Assembly: GCA_951406725.2 (NCBI GenBank)
Contig: OX597818.1
Span: 124,001-188,000, forward strand
DNA length: 64,000 bases
Source: Octopus vulgaris
Lineage: Eukaryota
Reading direction: 5' to 3'
The notes beneath the pieces are model-generated. The model was given only the letters and a program-made list of their open reading frames with translations. It made no database searches and had not been told where the DNA came from. Below, piece by piece: positions 14,270-29,109 of the stretch (the first letter of the stretch is position 1; the number at the start of each line of letters is the position of its first letter). Made by a program: the position numbers and the translations under genes.

Positions 14270-14690
14270 CTTGCAATTGAGGAGATACCTACACCTTTTC
14301 TACATATCAAGCAGGGCCATTTCCCTGAAGGGACTGATAATTTGTCTGCTTTCCTTCTTACAAATACTTTAGTCTTTGCTAATTTAACTCTAAAGCCCTT
14401 TGATTTAAGGCCTTGTTTCCACAACTGATATTTTTTCTCTAATTCTACTAGTGATTCAGTTATGCAAACAAGGTCATCAGCATAGGGGAGCTTCGATGGA
14501 CAACTAGTTTCAAAATTCCCTTGTTTTGGCCTGGAGGTCTATGTTAAACAAGATATGACTGAGAATTGATCATTGGTGAACTCCTACCTGTACACTAAAT
14601 TCATTGCTATTCTCATTGCTGACTTTTGCCTTACAGACAGCATCCCTGTAAATGACTTCTAGGACATCTCTAAATCTCTGACTATTCAAA
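14270..14690 (-). mobile_element. RTE LINE RT fragment
   Basis: WKQGLKSKGFRVKLAKTKVFV and a YADD-containing segment; homologous to 24750-26330. Confidence 0.8.
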
Positions 14691-15139
14691 GGATTGTTAA
14701 GCCACCAAACCTTCCTTTTCCAGACTGTTTTGTATCTTAGAGTCTCTCACAGGGAGTTATGGTTGGTAATAGGCAAGAGTACAGTAAGCAGTAAGAGTTC
14801 AGTAGTTTTATTCAGTCAACTGACATTGTACTGACAATGTACCTCTCTCTCTCTCTCTCTCTCTCTGTATGTATATATATATATATATATATCGAGAGAG
14901 AGAGAGAGAGAGAGAGAAAGCGAGTGGAGAAAGAGGCTGTGAGATAAAGACAGTCAAGATTTAAGGCATTCACAAGTAGTGACTGCAATTTTCATGCAAG
15001 AACTTGTCCACATGGCTTAGCAGTTTACAAAAAAAACACTCATGGTATATGTATCAAATTAAAAATATTAAGTATTGGGGGTTATTTCTTTGACTAAACC
15101 CTTCCAGGTGGCGCCTCAGCAAGTAGATATCATATATAT

Positions 15140-16030
15140 ATAAGGTTCAAAATGGGAAAGGAACTCAGGGCTGTATTCTTTCTCCATGCTTGTTCAACAT
15201 ATGCACTGAGGAGATAATACAAGAAGCAATACAAGAAGATGGAATCAAAATACATGGCTTGCATATTTCTAATCTAAGGTATGCAAAACAATATTGCTCT
15301 ACCTGTCAAGACTGTAGACAGACTGCAAGAAATGATAGTCAAGAAAGTATCAAATACACATGACCTTTATCTCAATCATAAGACAAAAGTCATGGTAGTA
15401 GGAAAAGAGAAAGGAAATGTTAACATCAAACTGAGCAGCAAAAAGCTTAAACTAGTTGAATTATACAAGTACCGTGGAGCTCAAATCTCTGATGAAGCCA
15501 CTTGTAAGAATGAAATTAGGACACAAGTAACTGTGGCAAGAAGTCCATGGAAAAATTTACTAACATCTGGACAAGGAAAAGTGACCCAACTAAGTTAAAA
15601 ACAAGGCTAATGTGAGCACTCATTTGGCCAATAAGCATTTATGGTTGCAAAATATGAACTCTGAACAAATTTGGGGAGAAAACAATGTATTTGAAATGTG
15701 GGTGTATAAGAGATTATTACAAGTATGTTATAAAGATCAATTGACAAATGAATGGGTGCTACAACAAGAGAAAGATGCCAACTTCTGAACATTGTGAACA
15801 AAGAAAATCTCATCTATTATGGCTACATTTGAAGAGGTGTGGAAAACATTATCATTGAAGGAAAAGTAGAGGGTAGTAGGTCAAGAGGCAGCTAAAGAAT
15901 GCAGCTGATAGACAATATCAAGAGCTGGTTGGACTAGAGTGGCAAGGCAGCTGGAGAACTTATGCCTAATCGAGTAAACTTTCACTGTAGTATTATCAAT
16001 GCGTTGCGGATGTATGATACATGATGATGA
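15140..16030 (+). mobile_element. RTE LINE 3' fragment
   Basis: QGCILSPCLFNI-like and ISNLRYA RT motifs, LNHKTKVMVV, and a tgatga tail. Confidence 0.75.
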
Positions 16031-16590
16031 TATGACTGGCATGGCAGTATCATCACTAACTGTTACAAGGACAAAGAGGAGATGCCTTAGAGAGAAGCAA
16101 CAGTAGGAGAATCTAACAACTAGTTATGAAGGTCATGGAGACAGTCATAGCCCAATTGAACTACTGTAGAGAAGATCTGAAGGAGATGCTGTTTGGCTTT
16201 GTCCCTGGAAAAGGCACCACAAATGCAATCTTCTTTGTGAGACAACTGCAGGAGAAAATACTTGGTTAAGAATAAACCACTATTCTTAGATTTCGTTGAT
16301 TTGGTGAAAGCCTTTGACAGGGTACCATGCTCAGGAAACTAGGTATAGATGAAGGGCTTGTGAGGTTGGTACAAACTTTGAACAAGGATGCAGTAAGTAA
16401 AGTGAGAGTCAGCAATGGCTTCAGTGACAAATTTAGTGTGAAGGTAGGAGTTCATCAAGGTTCAGTCCTCAGTCCTATTCATCATAGTCCTACAAGCCAT
16501 TACAGAGAAATTTAAAACTGGCTGCCCATGAGAATCCTATGTGTTGAAGATCTAGTCCTAATAGCTGAATCTATAAGGGAATTAGATTGA
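16030..16590 (+). mobile_element. RTE LINE RT fragment
   Basis: FGFVPGKGTTNAIF, FVDLVKAFD and VGVHQGSVLSP motifs. Confidence 0.8.
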
Positions 16591-16868
16591 TCCCAGTAGA
16601 CAACTGGTACTTAATTTATCGACCCTGAAAAAATGAAAGGCAAAGTCAACCTTGGCGGAATTTGAACTCACAGTTCTGCAAGGTGTATGGTAACCTCAAC
16701 AGTGCTGGTGGCATGAAAAGGCAACCAATACATGCTGTAAAATGGTTGGCATTAGGAAGGACATCCAGTGGCAAAATGTATGTCAAAGTAGACACTGAGG
16801 TACAATGCAGTCCATTGGCTCATGCCAGTATGGAACATGGCCTTTAAATGAGGATAATGATGGCAGCA

Positions 16869-16907
<39 letters not shown>

Positions 16908-17287
16908 GTGTGTGTGTAGCAGCAGTCATTCGCAAGGGACCATTGACCAAAAGTATAATCAATATGCTAGTGATAAATTTCATGCTATTGTGGAGGGCAC
17001 TTAAGGTGCAACGCCATAGAATTGAATGCTAAAGCACATGATTACTGAACATATATTTTTACCCATACAGCCATTCCTAGTTCCAGTTAAATTATGTTTG
17101 GCTTAATTTGGTAACTTTGTTACTTGGAGAACTTCTCTAATCAAATAAGGAACTGAGGTGTTTATAAATTTCTTCTAAAGTGGTATACACAGAACCATTT
17201 CAAACTATGTTGCTTTTAATGGGCATAATAATTTTTATCATAACAATATATCTTCTCATCTAAGCACACTCTCTCAGAGGCAAATTT

Positions 17288-17341
<54 letters not shown>

Positions 17342-17366
17342 CATATATATACATATATACACACAC

Positions 17367-17422
<56 letters not shown>

Positions 17423-17570
17423 TACATGTATGTACATTCACATATATATATGTGCATATATATATATATTCATACATACATGCATGTATACATGTAATAT
17501 ATATAAACTCACACATGTATGTATGAACATGTGTGCATACATACATACACACACACATATACACAATAAT
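17288..17570. repeat. (TA)n/(CA)n compound microsatellite
   Basis: Direct reading. Confidence 0.9.
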
Positions 17571-18254
17571 TAATTTACTCCTACAGTTCTTTTTTCTTCA
17601 GTAAAAAATGGTTGTGAATAAGCTATATATTTTATATGGCAAGCAGTGTGTTTACGTATAAGAGTGTGTGTGTGTGTGTTATTCTAGCTGTCCATACGTG
17701 CCTCAGACAGCAATTTTGTAGCACTAAAATACATTTTATGGCATTAATCTATTTTTAAACAGTGTGTATAACATTATAACTCTTAAATTTGTCTATTTAT
17801 CCATCTACTTGTGTGTGAGAAAGAGAGAGAGAGAGAGCAGGCACTCTTACACTTTCTTGTTATAATTTTGTTTTGTGCAGATGAAATTTAAATGTAATCT
17901 CATTTTATTAAATAAAATTAAACTAACACCAACAACCACTACATAGAATATCAACCGATAACAAAACAAATCATTTCAACACCTCTCCACCACAACTGGG
18001 TCAAAGCCTATTCTAACCCCTCACACACAGGCACACATTTAGCAGACAAATAGAAGACACAGTCTAAAAATGTGTAATAGAAATAGCCAGAGTTAAACAA
18101 AGAGAACTGGTCTCAAGGCTAACCAACAACCGTAAACATATGGAGAAATACAAACAAGATGATGAAATAAGTTCATATCATTGCTGGCCACATAGAATAA
18201 TGGAAAATGTTGTAAAGCTCTAAGAAATGTATAAATATATATATATTGAATGGG

Positions 18255-18669
18255 AAGTTCCGCAAACAGATCTCTGACTTGCTTTGGAGAATTTGTTGCA
18301 ATTGCTTCCTCCAGAGTCATATCCCAATTATGATCTTATTTGTTGCAAAAAATCACGTAAAAAAATTGCTGAAAATTATCACTGGATTTTGCAATTAATT
18401 TTGATTATTCCCAAAATTTATTTCCAAGTTATACAAAAAAATTCATCTAAAAAAATCCTGTAAAAAGTGCAGAAAACAATCACAGTAATGAAAACTTGGG
18501 AATCCAAAATTTCAAGATTACAGGTCTAGATTTGGCCTGGAATGTTTTTAATTTACTCACAGAGTCAGCCTGATTCCAAAATGGTATGATATGTTGGGCT
18601 AGGGTCTCTAGGAGTAAAGTTGAAAAAGTGTAATACAGACACACTGACATTATTATATTATCGGAGGAT
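18255..18669 (-). mobile_element. Helitron fragment (5' end plus Rep/Hel remnant)
   Basis: MTLEEAIATNSPKQVRDLFA resembles the Helitron RepHel linker region; a TC-start-like end lies near 18668. Confidence 0.5.
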
Positions 18670-18819
18670 TGGTATCAGGTATGAGATGTTTTGGTTCAGC
18701 TGTTTTGTTGCAACCTATTTGACATTGTTGATTCAATGCCTACTTATTTGACATCAAATATCTTAATGTTTCTTTTGTTCCTTCTCTCTTTCTCCCTCTC
18801 TCTGTCAATGTGTGCAAGC

Positions 18820-19035
18820 ATATTGGTTTCAAATTTTGGCACAAGGCCAGTAAGTTTGGGGGAGGGGCCTAATTGATTACATCAACCCCAGTGCTCAACT
18901 GGTACTTATTTTACTGATCCCAAAGGGATGAAAACAAAGTTGACCCTGGTGGCATGTGAACTCAGAATGTAATGATGGACAAAATGCCACTAAGCATTTT
19001 GCCCAGCATAGTAACAATTCTGCCAGCTCACCACC
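18820..19035 (-). mobile_element. Deu/Nin-domain-like SINE
   Basis: Reverse complement of the 20136-20367 family. Confidence 0.7.
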
Positions 19036-20135
19036 TGAATCTGTGCAAGCATATTATTACTTACGTGTATGAGGAGAAGCAAAGTGTTTATGCCATTTGT
19101 GCGCAATTAATGAATTGTCATGTCACATTTATGCTATCTGTAGATGTGTGTGTGTGTTTATGTGTGTGTGCATGCACAATTGCCAGTGTACCAAACAGTG
19201 TTGCTCAGTCACCTCATTCTAAAAATCTTGTTCTTTTAGGGTCATAACTCACCTGATGAGCCTGTGTACACACAAGCAAAGCTTCAGAGAAACAAGAGAT
19301 TGACTCAACCAAAATAAGATATATTATTAATGTCTACTATAATATTGAGTAGTCTTTCTTTCAACATTTAATACCAAATGGTTGCTGTTGCTGCTATCAC
19401 CACTGCCACTGCTACTTCAATGTTCATTTTTCTATGCTTGCATTGATTGGATGAAAAGCGAATGTACACCCTAGTGCACTATCGTCAACTTCACCTGTTT
19501 CCAAGTAAGGTAATATTTCCCATGATCAGACATGATTTTATAGAAGATTGGGAATGAAGGACACCACTTGTATAATAATCACATTTGTTCACAACTATTA
19601 TGCAATATCAAGGCAAGGAACTCCCATGCAGTCGAAGTTAACATGGGACCATGTGGTTGGGACATAAACTTCTTACCACTCAGTCACATATACAAATTAA
19701 ACATGCACACAAACGTGTGCACGCACACACACACACACAGATATTCAAAATTTGCTATTTACATTATAATTCTTTCCACTTCTAGGATGTTTCATTGAAA
19801 TTTAAAACACTTTAATGTCTGATTGTACCTTATTTTATTAACTCCATAGGAATGAAAAACAAATGTGACCCCAGAAAGACTTTGAACTGGGAAAGCAAAG
19901 CAACCTAGCTAAGTACCACAAGGTATTTTATCTAATGATTCTGCCAGTCTCCTGCCTTAATGACTGAGATTCATTACTCAGACACACCATCCCCAAGAAA
20001 GGCAATACTTAAGTTGGTGTTAATATTTCTAATACAGTGAACACTAAGCTGCACTGCATTGTTTATGCTAACAATAACTTTACATATAAACACTTTGTGC
20101 TTTTAAGAACAAACTATATCAGTTGTCTAGTCTGA

Positions 20136-20367
20136 AGGCGGCGAGCTGGCAGAAACGTTAGCACGCCGGGTGAAATGCATAGCCATATTTCGTCTGCCGT
20201 TACGTTCTGAGTTCAAATTCCGCCAAGGTCGACTTTGCCTTTCATCCTTTCGGGGTCGATAAATTAAGTACCAGTTACGCACTGGGGTAAATATAATCAA
20301 CTCAATCCATTTGTCTGTCTTTGTTTGTCCTCTCTGTGTTTAGCCCTTTGTGGGTAGTAAAGAAATA
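20136..20367 (+). mobile_element. tRNA-derived SINE with Deu/Nin-like central domain (full-length)
   Basis: Head with A-box-like tggcagaaacg and B-box-like gagttcaaattcc, followed by gtcgactttgcctttcatcctttcggggtcgataaattaagtaccag; many copies in the window. Confidence 0.8.
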
Positions 20368-21356
20368 TATATCAGTTTTCTTGTCTGGTGATCTAATCAA
20401 GTACAAAATCTCTTGCATAATTCTCAGGAAAAATATCATTTACTTATTTTAATTACTGCAATTAATGTTCCTCATTTGTAATAACTCTGTGTAACACGAT
20501 TTTTGTCTGTGGATAACAGCTGTTATTTTCTATTTGCTTACCCCTAGAAAGTATGTAAAATGGTTAATATTTCCTTCAGACTTTGCTTTTGTTACATTTA
20601 TTCAAACCCCAAAGAATCCCTCTCAACACATGGCTATGATGCTTCCTAACTACTCATGCTCATAATTAGGTGGTTAAGGTCAAAGAAATGACAGGCAAAT
20701 CTGTGGTATTGAGCTAAATATTTGCTATAAAGATATTTCTGCTTCAGCAACTCAGTACTAAATCTATCTGAAATGTAATGAAAAATAGATTGGTTTCAAA
20801 ACATTGATGTTCAGATTACAAAAGCAAAGTTTGAAGGAAATGGTAGGGAATAGATTTCTCGACAAAAGCAAGTAAGAAATAATACTCGCTGACCAAAGAC
20901 ATAAAAAATATTAAAATTTTGTTACACAGTGAAAATCTCAAAATTGAAATTCTGATATTTGTGGATACCAAACACACAAATTGCAATTAATGTAACACCC
21001 ATGTTTTAAAAGAGTACAGCTTATTCTTTATTTGATAATTTTTGCTTATTTGTACACCATCTCTTACACCCTAATATCTTCATTACTATGTTGTTATACT
21101 ATCATACTGAAACTTCATATTTTGTTGTGCTGAGTCTCAACAGAAAAAAATCCATCATTTAATTTACTTTCATTATCGTCATTATCATCATCATAGTCAT
21201 TTTAATGTCCTCTTTCCCATGCTTACTTAAATCACACTATTCGTTGAGGAAGATTTTCTATGGCCAGGTACCCTTCTTGTTGCCAGTCCTCACTCATTTC
21301 CAAGTAAGGTGATGTTTCCTCAAGGCCAGACATGTTTTAATGAAAGACAAGGATGT

Positions 21357-21428
<72 letters not shown>

Positions 21429-21610
21429 AGACTTCTTTCAATTTCCACCTACCAAAATCTATTCACAAGGCTTTGGTTGGCTCTAATCTATACTAGAAGA
21501 CCCTTGCCAAGGTGCTACACGGTGGAGCTGAATCCAAAACCATACAACTGAGAAGTGAACTTCTTGACAACCATAAAATCACACCTGTATCATGTCTTGT
21601 TTATAATTAA

Positions 21611-22119
21611 CTAGCAGTATCACCCGGCGTTGCTCGGGTTTGTAAGGGAAATAACTATATAAACATTTTAGAGAGTTACTTCCCTTATAGATGCCAATTC
21701 AGGCTTTCTTAGCCATTTCTGTTTTGGTGTCTTCAAGCCATGAAGTCGTTGTTCTAAAAGAACGCTGGTCTCCTTGACAACGCTTTACGACGTTGATTTT
21801 CTTACACTCCCTTCCCCACAGCTTCACGAGGGAGGGAAGAAGGGGGAGAACACAGGTGCAGGTGTGACCATGGACGCCAACTCCGCCGCCATCGACACAC
21901 AACAAATTATGCATTAAAATGGAATAAAAAATGATGTTAAATTATTTTTAAAATCGTAGACTCATCGTAGACGCGCTCTAATACTCAGACGGGCTCGATA
22001 TGAATCACGACTATAAGATACCCGAATTTGGTTAAACTGCACCGCAAAATGTGGGAGTAGTTAGGAATCTAAATTGAAGGGGACAGACACTCACACAACT
22101 ACAGTTTTATATATATAGA
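21611..22119 (-). mobile_element. Non-autonomous Helitron, complete
   Basis: Minus strand reads A|TCTATATATATAAAACTG ... AACCCGAGCAACGCCGGGTGATACTG-CTAG|T: canonical 5' TC, subterminal hairpin, 3' CTAG and AT target with no TSD. Confidence 0.9.
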
Positions 22120-23899
22120 TATTCCAGTAATATGCTCTTAATGTTTCCTAATGTTACCTTTAATTTTTTTCTTTGTGTGTGTAAAATCTGAAATAATCTG
22201 AGTTTAAATGATTTTCAACATTAACGATGATAATTCAGCTTTCTATAGTGATTAGCATTATTTAATTACTTCCAGGAAGTGGAGTTTGTTTGGTTTAGTA
22301 TCTGGCATTCCTTCAAATCACTTTTTATTTTATAAGAAACTTGCATTGTTTGGTGAATTAAACAGACAACATATTTGAAAATATACAGACTAAAATGGAG
22401 AAGAGGAACTGAGCAGCTGAGACAACAATCAATGGATTTATGAGAGAAGTTCTATTTAGAATTGCTACTGATACATTGAATTTTCTGCAATATCTAAGAA
22501 TTTCATATTAAGAAACTAATAGGAAAAGGTAGACAATAAAAAAATAATGTATTTTCTATTTGTGAAATATCAATAAGACTGGTGCTCCAGCATTGGCATA
22601 GCCTTGGTGTTTAACACAAAGTAAAAATCTGAGATGTGATAAATATTTATATGATAAGGGGTAGGAGAGTTGAGAAACTGAATTATTACATATCTATCTG
22701 TACAACAATCAGTTGTACAGATAGAAATGTATGTGTGTGCTGGTGTACATACACACATATGTGTGTGTGTACATATACACACATACATATATGTATATCT
22801 GTTTGTATGTTTATAAATATGTATCATCATCATGCTAACATGGATTGGATGGTTTGACAGGATCTGATATGTCCAAGGACTGCATTGTGCTCCAGTGTCT
22901 ACTTTAGCATGGTTTACTACTGCTGGATGCCCTTCCTCAGGCCAATCATTTTATAGCTTGTACTGGGTGCTTTTTTTCCTGCCACTAGTGGGCTTACGAT
23001 GCAGCTTACAAGAATATATAGTCTTAGAAAGGCAGCTTTATGTGAGGAGATGAGGACCCACAGCATAAAGGGCTAGAGCAGAACAGATTTCTTGCTGTAG
23101 GGGCATTACATAGTTTTTCACACTTTAAAAGAGGATAGAAATGATTAGGTGGAGCTGGTCTGGGTGGATCCTCAAGGTGAACAGAAGTGAATGGGAAAAG
23201 GAGTGAAAGAACTGGGGAAGTGTGGATGGATAGAAGGAATATATATATAAAATATAAATAAGTAACAATTGAAGGACAGGAGCAAAACATTTTTAATGAT
23301 TCTGCTTCTATTTCAGTTGAAATGTTTTACTCTGTGGATTTTAAAATATGTTAAATCATTTGGAATGCCCTTGATTGTAAGGTCCATGTATTCATCTGAA
23401 GAAAATGGTTTCTTTATAATGATATAATGTACTCATTAATCCATTAAAGGAGTTGTTAAAAACAGCCTTAATGAATTGACGCCTGTCCTTCTATTGTGAC
23501 TTATTTATATTTTATTCATCTGTCTCGGAACATGCCCTTCACAAATTGTAAAGTATATTATGGACTGTATATTTAATAAAATGTACAAGCCTGAATAGCT
23601 CAAGAGCAGATTATATACTGGGTCAAATTGTCTGCATGCACTACAGAAATATCATTCTGCTAGTACTTCTGTACCAAAGCTGATATTTGCATAATATTGT
23701 TGTGTGTGTATATTATTCTGACCTAATGAAGTACCTCAACTTAAATACCTAATTCAACTGAATGTTACTTATATTTTATATATATATATATTTGGTTCAA
23801 AGGTACAGAAAGCAAAATACAGAGATAGGTGAGGGAAGAAGCAGGTGTATTAGAAATGTGTCAGGATTAATGGGTCCACATACATACATATATAATCAA

Positions 23900-24127
23900 C
23901 ATCATCATCGTTTAACATCTGTTTTCCATGCTAGCATGTATTGGACGGTTCGACCGGGGTCTGGGAAGCCAAGAGGCAGCACCAGGCTCCAGTCTGATTG
24001 GACAGTGTTTCTACAGCTGGATGCCCTTCCTAACACCAACCACTCCATGAGTGTAGTGGGTGCTTTTTATGTACCACCAGCACAGGGGCCAGAGGAGGCT
24101 GGCAACAGCCACGATCAGTTGGTGCTT
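23900..24127 (-). mobile_element. RTE 3'-UTR-derived repeat with (ATG)n tail
   Basis: Reverse complement of the ...gcatggaaa..gacgttaaacgatgatga terminus seen at 37050-37085 and 45110-45165. Confidence 0.75.
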
Positions 24128-24612
24128 AGCAATATGACATCATAATGGGAGGTAGTAATATTGATGACATTTTGGGGTAGCTGCTCATTACATGTTTAAC
24201 ATCTTTCATAGAATGTGACACAACTGACATTTTCTGTAGCCGTTTAGCGTTTTAAAGATTTCACAGTCTGTTTGCAAGCAAATTCTTAGGATTGCAAAAG
24301 CATGACTTTCAAATTGTGATGTAATGGTCACACGCCTTTCAGAGCATGTATGCTTGTGTGTATGTATGTAGGTGCATACATATGTATAAACTATGTATGG
24401 ATACATATATGGTAGGATGTACAGATAAATGTATAAATATGCACATATATATTTGTACGTGCATTCCTATGTATGTATGATTGTATGAGTATATGTCTGT
24501 CTGTCTGCAAGCATTATGGTGACTCTTTTATTGCTATCATGCAATGTTAAGGCAAGTAGACAGTAGCACATGTTCACACACACACACACGCACATATTTG
24601 TATGTGTGTGTG

Positions 24613-24676
<64 letters not shown>

Positions 24677-24749
24677 GAGGTGCAATGGCCCAGTGGTTAG
24701 GGCTGCGGACTCACGTATAAGCCCATCATATACATATATATATATATAT

Positions 24750-26600
24750 ATCGACAGCACCATGGTAGATGAAGCAATTAAGGAAATGAAAACTGGGAAA
24801 GCACCTGGCCCATTAGGAATCACCACTGAGGTGCTTATAATATTGGGCAGTGTGGGTTATGGTTTTGTCACCCACATCATAAATCAGGTAGTTCATGAAG
24901 GAGTCATACCCAATGACTGGTGTAGCAGCACCATAGTAAACTGCTACAAAGGTAAAGGTGATGCTGTTGATAGAAATAACTACAGGAGTATCCAATTACT
25001 GGATCAGATGATGAAAGTTACAGAGGGTCATAGCCCTACTAATTAGGGAAAGAGTTAGCCTAGATGAGATGCAGTTTGGTTTTGTGCCAGGCAGAAGCAC
25101 CACCGATGCTATATTTCTGGTAAGATAAGCCTCTGTACTTGGCTTTTGTTGACTTGGAGAAAGCTTTTGACAGAATCCCCCAATCCCTCATCAGTGCAAA
25201 AAACTGGAGATAGACAAGTGGTTGGTAAGAGCTGTACAAGCCCTGTACAGGGATGCTGGCAGTAAGGTGAGGGTTGTCAATAAGTATAGTGAAGAATTCC
25301 CAGTAGAAGTATGGATTCACCAAGGATCAGTCCTCAGCCTACTCTTGTTCTTTATAGTCCCCTAGGCAATAACAGAAGAATTCAAGACAGGCTACCCCTG
25401 GGAGCTCCTCTATCCGGACGACCTTGCTCTGTAGCCAAGTCACTGCCAGAACTAGAGATGAAGTTTAGGGTGTGGAAGCAAGGTCTAGAATTAAAGGGTC
25501 TTAGGGTTAACCTAGCAAAAACCAAAGTCTTAGTAAGTAGGAAGGCTGATAAATCACAAACCCCTTCAGGTTGAAACTCCATACGATGTACCTGGTGTAA
25601 GCCATGGACACATAAGAGGTATAGCAATATCAAAGGTAGGTTAACAAGGAGAATAGATTTTGTGTGTGGCAGATGCACAGGGGCAATAAACACCGAAGAT
25701 GTACAGAAAACAGATTCTATCACATGCCAGTGGGAGAAACTAGAAGAAGTCAATAGCTTCCACTACCTAGGTGACCAAGTCTGTAGTGGGGGTGGTTGCT
25801 CTGAGAGTGTAGCGGCTAGAATAAGAATAACCTGAGCAAAGTTCAGGGAGCTCCTACCTCTGCTGGCAACTAAGAGCCTCTTGCTCAGAATGAAAAGTAG
25901 ACTATATGATGCATGTGTGCAAACTGCCATACTACACAGCAGTGAAGCATAGGCCATGACTACTGAGGACATGCATAGGCTTGAAAGAAATGAAGCTAGT
26001 ATGATCTGCTGGGTGCAAAATATCAATGTGCTTACATGACAGAGTGTAAATGCCCTGAGAGAAAAATTGAGCATAAGAAGCATCAAATGTGGTGTGCAAG
26101 AGAGACAGCTGTGCTGGTACGATCATGTGTTACATATGGATGAGGACAGCTGTGTGATAAAGTGCCACTCCCTAACTGTGGAAGGGACATGTTGAAGAGG
26201 CAGACCCAGGATGATATGGGATGAGGTGGTGAAGCATGACCTTCAAACATAGGGCCCTTACCAAGACAATGACAGAAGACTGAGACCTTTGCAGAGATAC
26301 CGTGATTGAGAAGACCTGACAACTAAAGTGAGTTTGTGGTCATGCAAGTCTGGCCCAGTTAAGAGTATCCCTGATGCATCAGACAATATGATATTCTTGA
26401 GAAGACCTGTTGAGTCATGTAAAACCAATATCATAGCTGTGGCCAGTGCCCCCTGATTGGCTTCCATGCTGGTGGCATGTAAAAAGCACCATCTGAATGT
26501 GTTTGATACCAGGTCTGCCTGACTGGCTCCTTTGCTGGTGGCATGTAAAAAGCATCATCTGAACGTGGCCAATGCCAGTACTCCCTGACAAAAACATACA
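24750..26600 (+). mobile_element. 5'-truncated RTE LINE (RT, C-terminus and 3' UTR)
   Basis: MKTGKAPGPLGITTE, IPNDWCSSTIVNCYKGKGDA, FVDLEKAFD, HQGSVLS and WKQGLELKGLRVNLAKTK; the 3' UTR has ggtggcatgtaaaaagcacc repeats. Confidence 0.9.
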
Positions 26601-27656
26601 AAAATACAAAAACATAGTCATTCACCAGAAGAAAGAGTAAATGGTAGGGGGTGGATGAAATAAAAAAGATGCTGAAAAGAAAGAATCAAGCAAAAGAAGA
26701 CAAAAATAGTAGGAGATTTGGAGGGAAGTGAGAATGCAGTTGTATGGGAGCAGTTAAGAAGAGAGGAGGGATATGTGTATATAGAAATATAATGTGTTTA
26801 GAGATGGGCATATAGAAGGGACGTGGTGTAGCTTAGCGGGGTGTGGGAGTGTATGTATATATATATGTATGCATGTATGTATACATATGTGTGTATGCAT
26901 GTATAGATGGCTAATTGTTTAAATTTATGCATATATGTGTGTTTGCATTTATATGTATGTATGTTAGTAGAGATGGAAAGATGCATGTATGGATGCAGTG
27001 GATGGATGTTGACACAACAACCAACATCAAAAATTACAATATTTTATGTTGAACACAGTTCCAAGGAAATTATTAGCTGTCTTTAAACAACTCTACTGTT
27101 TCTCTCAATATTTATTTCTCTTTGATTCTAGAAAGAAATTCCTATAAATCTTTTTAATCAAAACGTCAAAAAGTTTCTTAATAAACAGAAAGTAATTTCT
27201 TAATCAGCTTACACATGTTTCATATAGATTGGCAGATTCCAAAATTCTGTGATGAAGTAATTATGTATATTAATAGATCCCATATTTGATTGACTAAGAT
27301 TCAACAGAGATAGAGAAATTTAACACCACCCCATCCTCATCAAAGCTAATACCACATCACTTGGAATAGAGAACCTTTTAAGGGAGATAGTAGAATTAAC
27401 AATATTTGACCAATATAAGGCATAGGGAGCTATTTCAGCAGAACTAAATGAGAGAATTGTGATATGATATTTGGTTTCTTCAATGCCACCCAGCAACTTG
27501 AAAAATATTTATGGCAAAATTTCTGCTGCATTTAAACTATTACTGACCAATTCAAATACACAGTGGAGGTACATAGATCCAAGCTATTCAGTAGATATAT
27601 CATTTAGGTCTTGATGGAAATGCTATTTAATCAGTATAAGTTCTAAATATAAACTA

Positions 27657-27779
27657 CTAGCAGTATAACCCGGCCTTGCCCGGGATTAAGTTACGATTAA
27701 TAAGCTAATCAAGTTCTTTATTTCAAACCAAACTAAGTAATATAGACGTCAAATTTGGGTGAAATCTGTTGAAATTAGT

Positions 27780-27852
<73 letters not shown>

Positions 27853-28721
27853 AATATAAATATTCTGGGCAACAGACACGAACACACATACACACATGTA
27901 CGTACGTACACCTATTGCATGTTTTGTGCATGCATACATGTTCATAAGCAGAAATGAATGGAAAAAATGTTAAATTTGTAGATTAACACTCGCTCAATTT
28001 TCACTAAGAAAAAAAATCGGTTTTTTTGCATGGAACCAACTACTATGGCCTCAAACCCTTTTTGTGGTTCGTGAAACGGAGTGGGTGTGGTGGAAGCCTT
28101 GCAAATTGTACCCATTTATATTGTGTAATTCACTAACAAATTGTTACTCACCTCTTTGTTTCTTTGTGGATTGTCAACAAATGGATTGTCAACAAATGGA
28201 TTGTCAACAAGTGGATTGTCAACAAAACACTTTTTTACTCGGCATAAAATAAAAACAAAACTCTTTTGCACCCAAAGTAATGTGTGTGAGAGAGAAAGAT
28301 GAACGATTTAAAATAAATAAATGATTTTAAATAAATATATTGTAATTGTTGTGTGAGAAAGTATATATACTATGATTATAAAATATAGTGTGCCTTTCAA
28401 AAACAAAAGACAAAACATTTTACATTTTATTTTTTATGAACATAGTCACTTACTCTCTCTCTCCCTCTCTCACTTTGTCTTTCCAGTGAAACTCTCTGCC
28501 TCCTTCTTCCACTTTTCTTTATCTTTTTTTTTGTTAGATGCCGTCAAAAAAGCAATGGCTGATATTTGTTATGGTTAAAAGCTATGGTTGAAAATAGATT
28601 TTTACCCTATCCGCGGGTACCTGACAAATGTCTTCCTAAAATTTGAGCATCATGCGTGCTAATTTGTCGACGTGCATAACTTACAATCACGTATACACAC
28701 ACACACGCACATAGATATAGA
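27657..28721 (-). mobile_element. Non-autonomous Helitron (same family as 4126-4673)
   Basis: CTAG at 27657 followed by the cccggccttgcccggg hairpin; shared subterminal sequence; internal (TA)n and 15-bp ggattgtcaacaaat repeats at ~28168-28225. Confidence 0.8.
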
Positions 28722-29109
28722 TACGATGAGTAGAGGAAGATATGTTGAGTTAATGGGAAATCTAAAGGAAAATAACACAATATAACACGTTTTGTTTGTA
28801 TTTTTTAATGTTCATATATGCATTTTTTGCCACTAAATAAAAAAAATCACATTCATTTTGACGCAACATTGATAATTATTTATTTATTCCTAATTTCATA
28901 TTTGCTCGTTATATTTGTAATTTTTCTCTACAGCACTTTGTTGGTTCAATCTATTCTAGTATTGTAAGGATAATTACACAACATTTAGTACTTTTTCATT
29001 TATTGAAAGGTATTTAGGAAGTATAATAATAGAAGAAAATGAAACAATAAAACTCTGCACTGTAAATGCCTTGATAACTCTTTTCTTAAGATGAGAAGCG
29101 CTTTGACGA

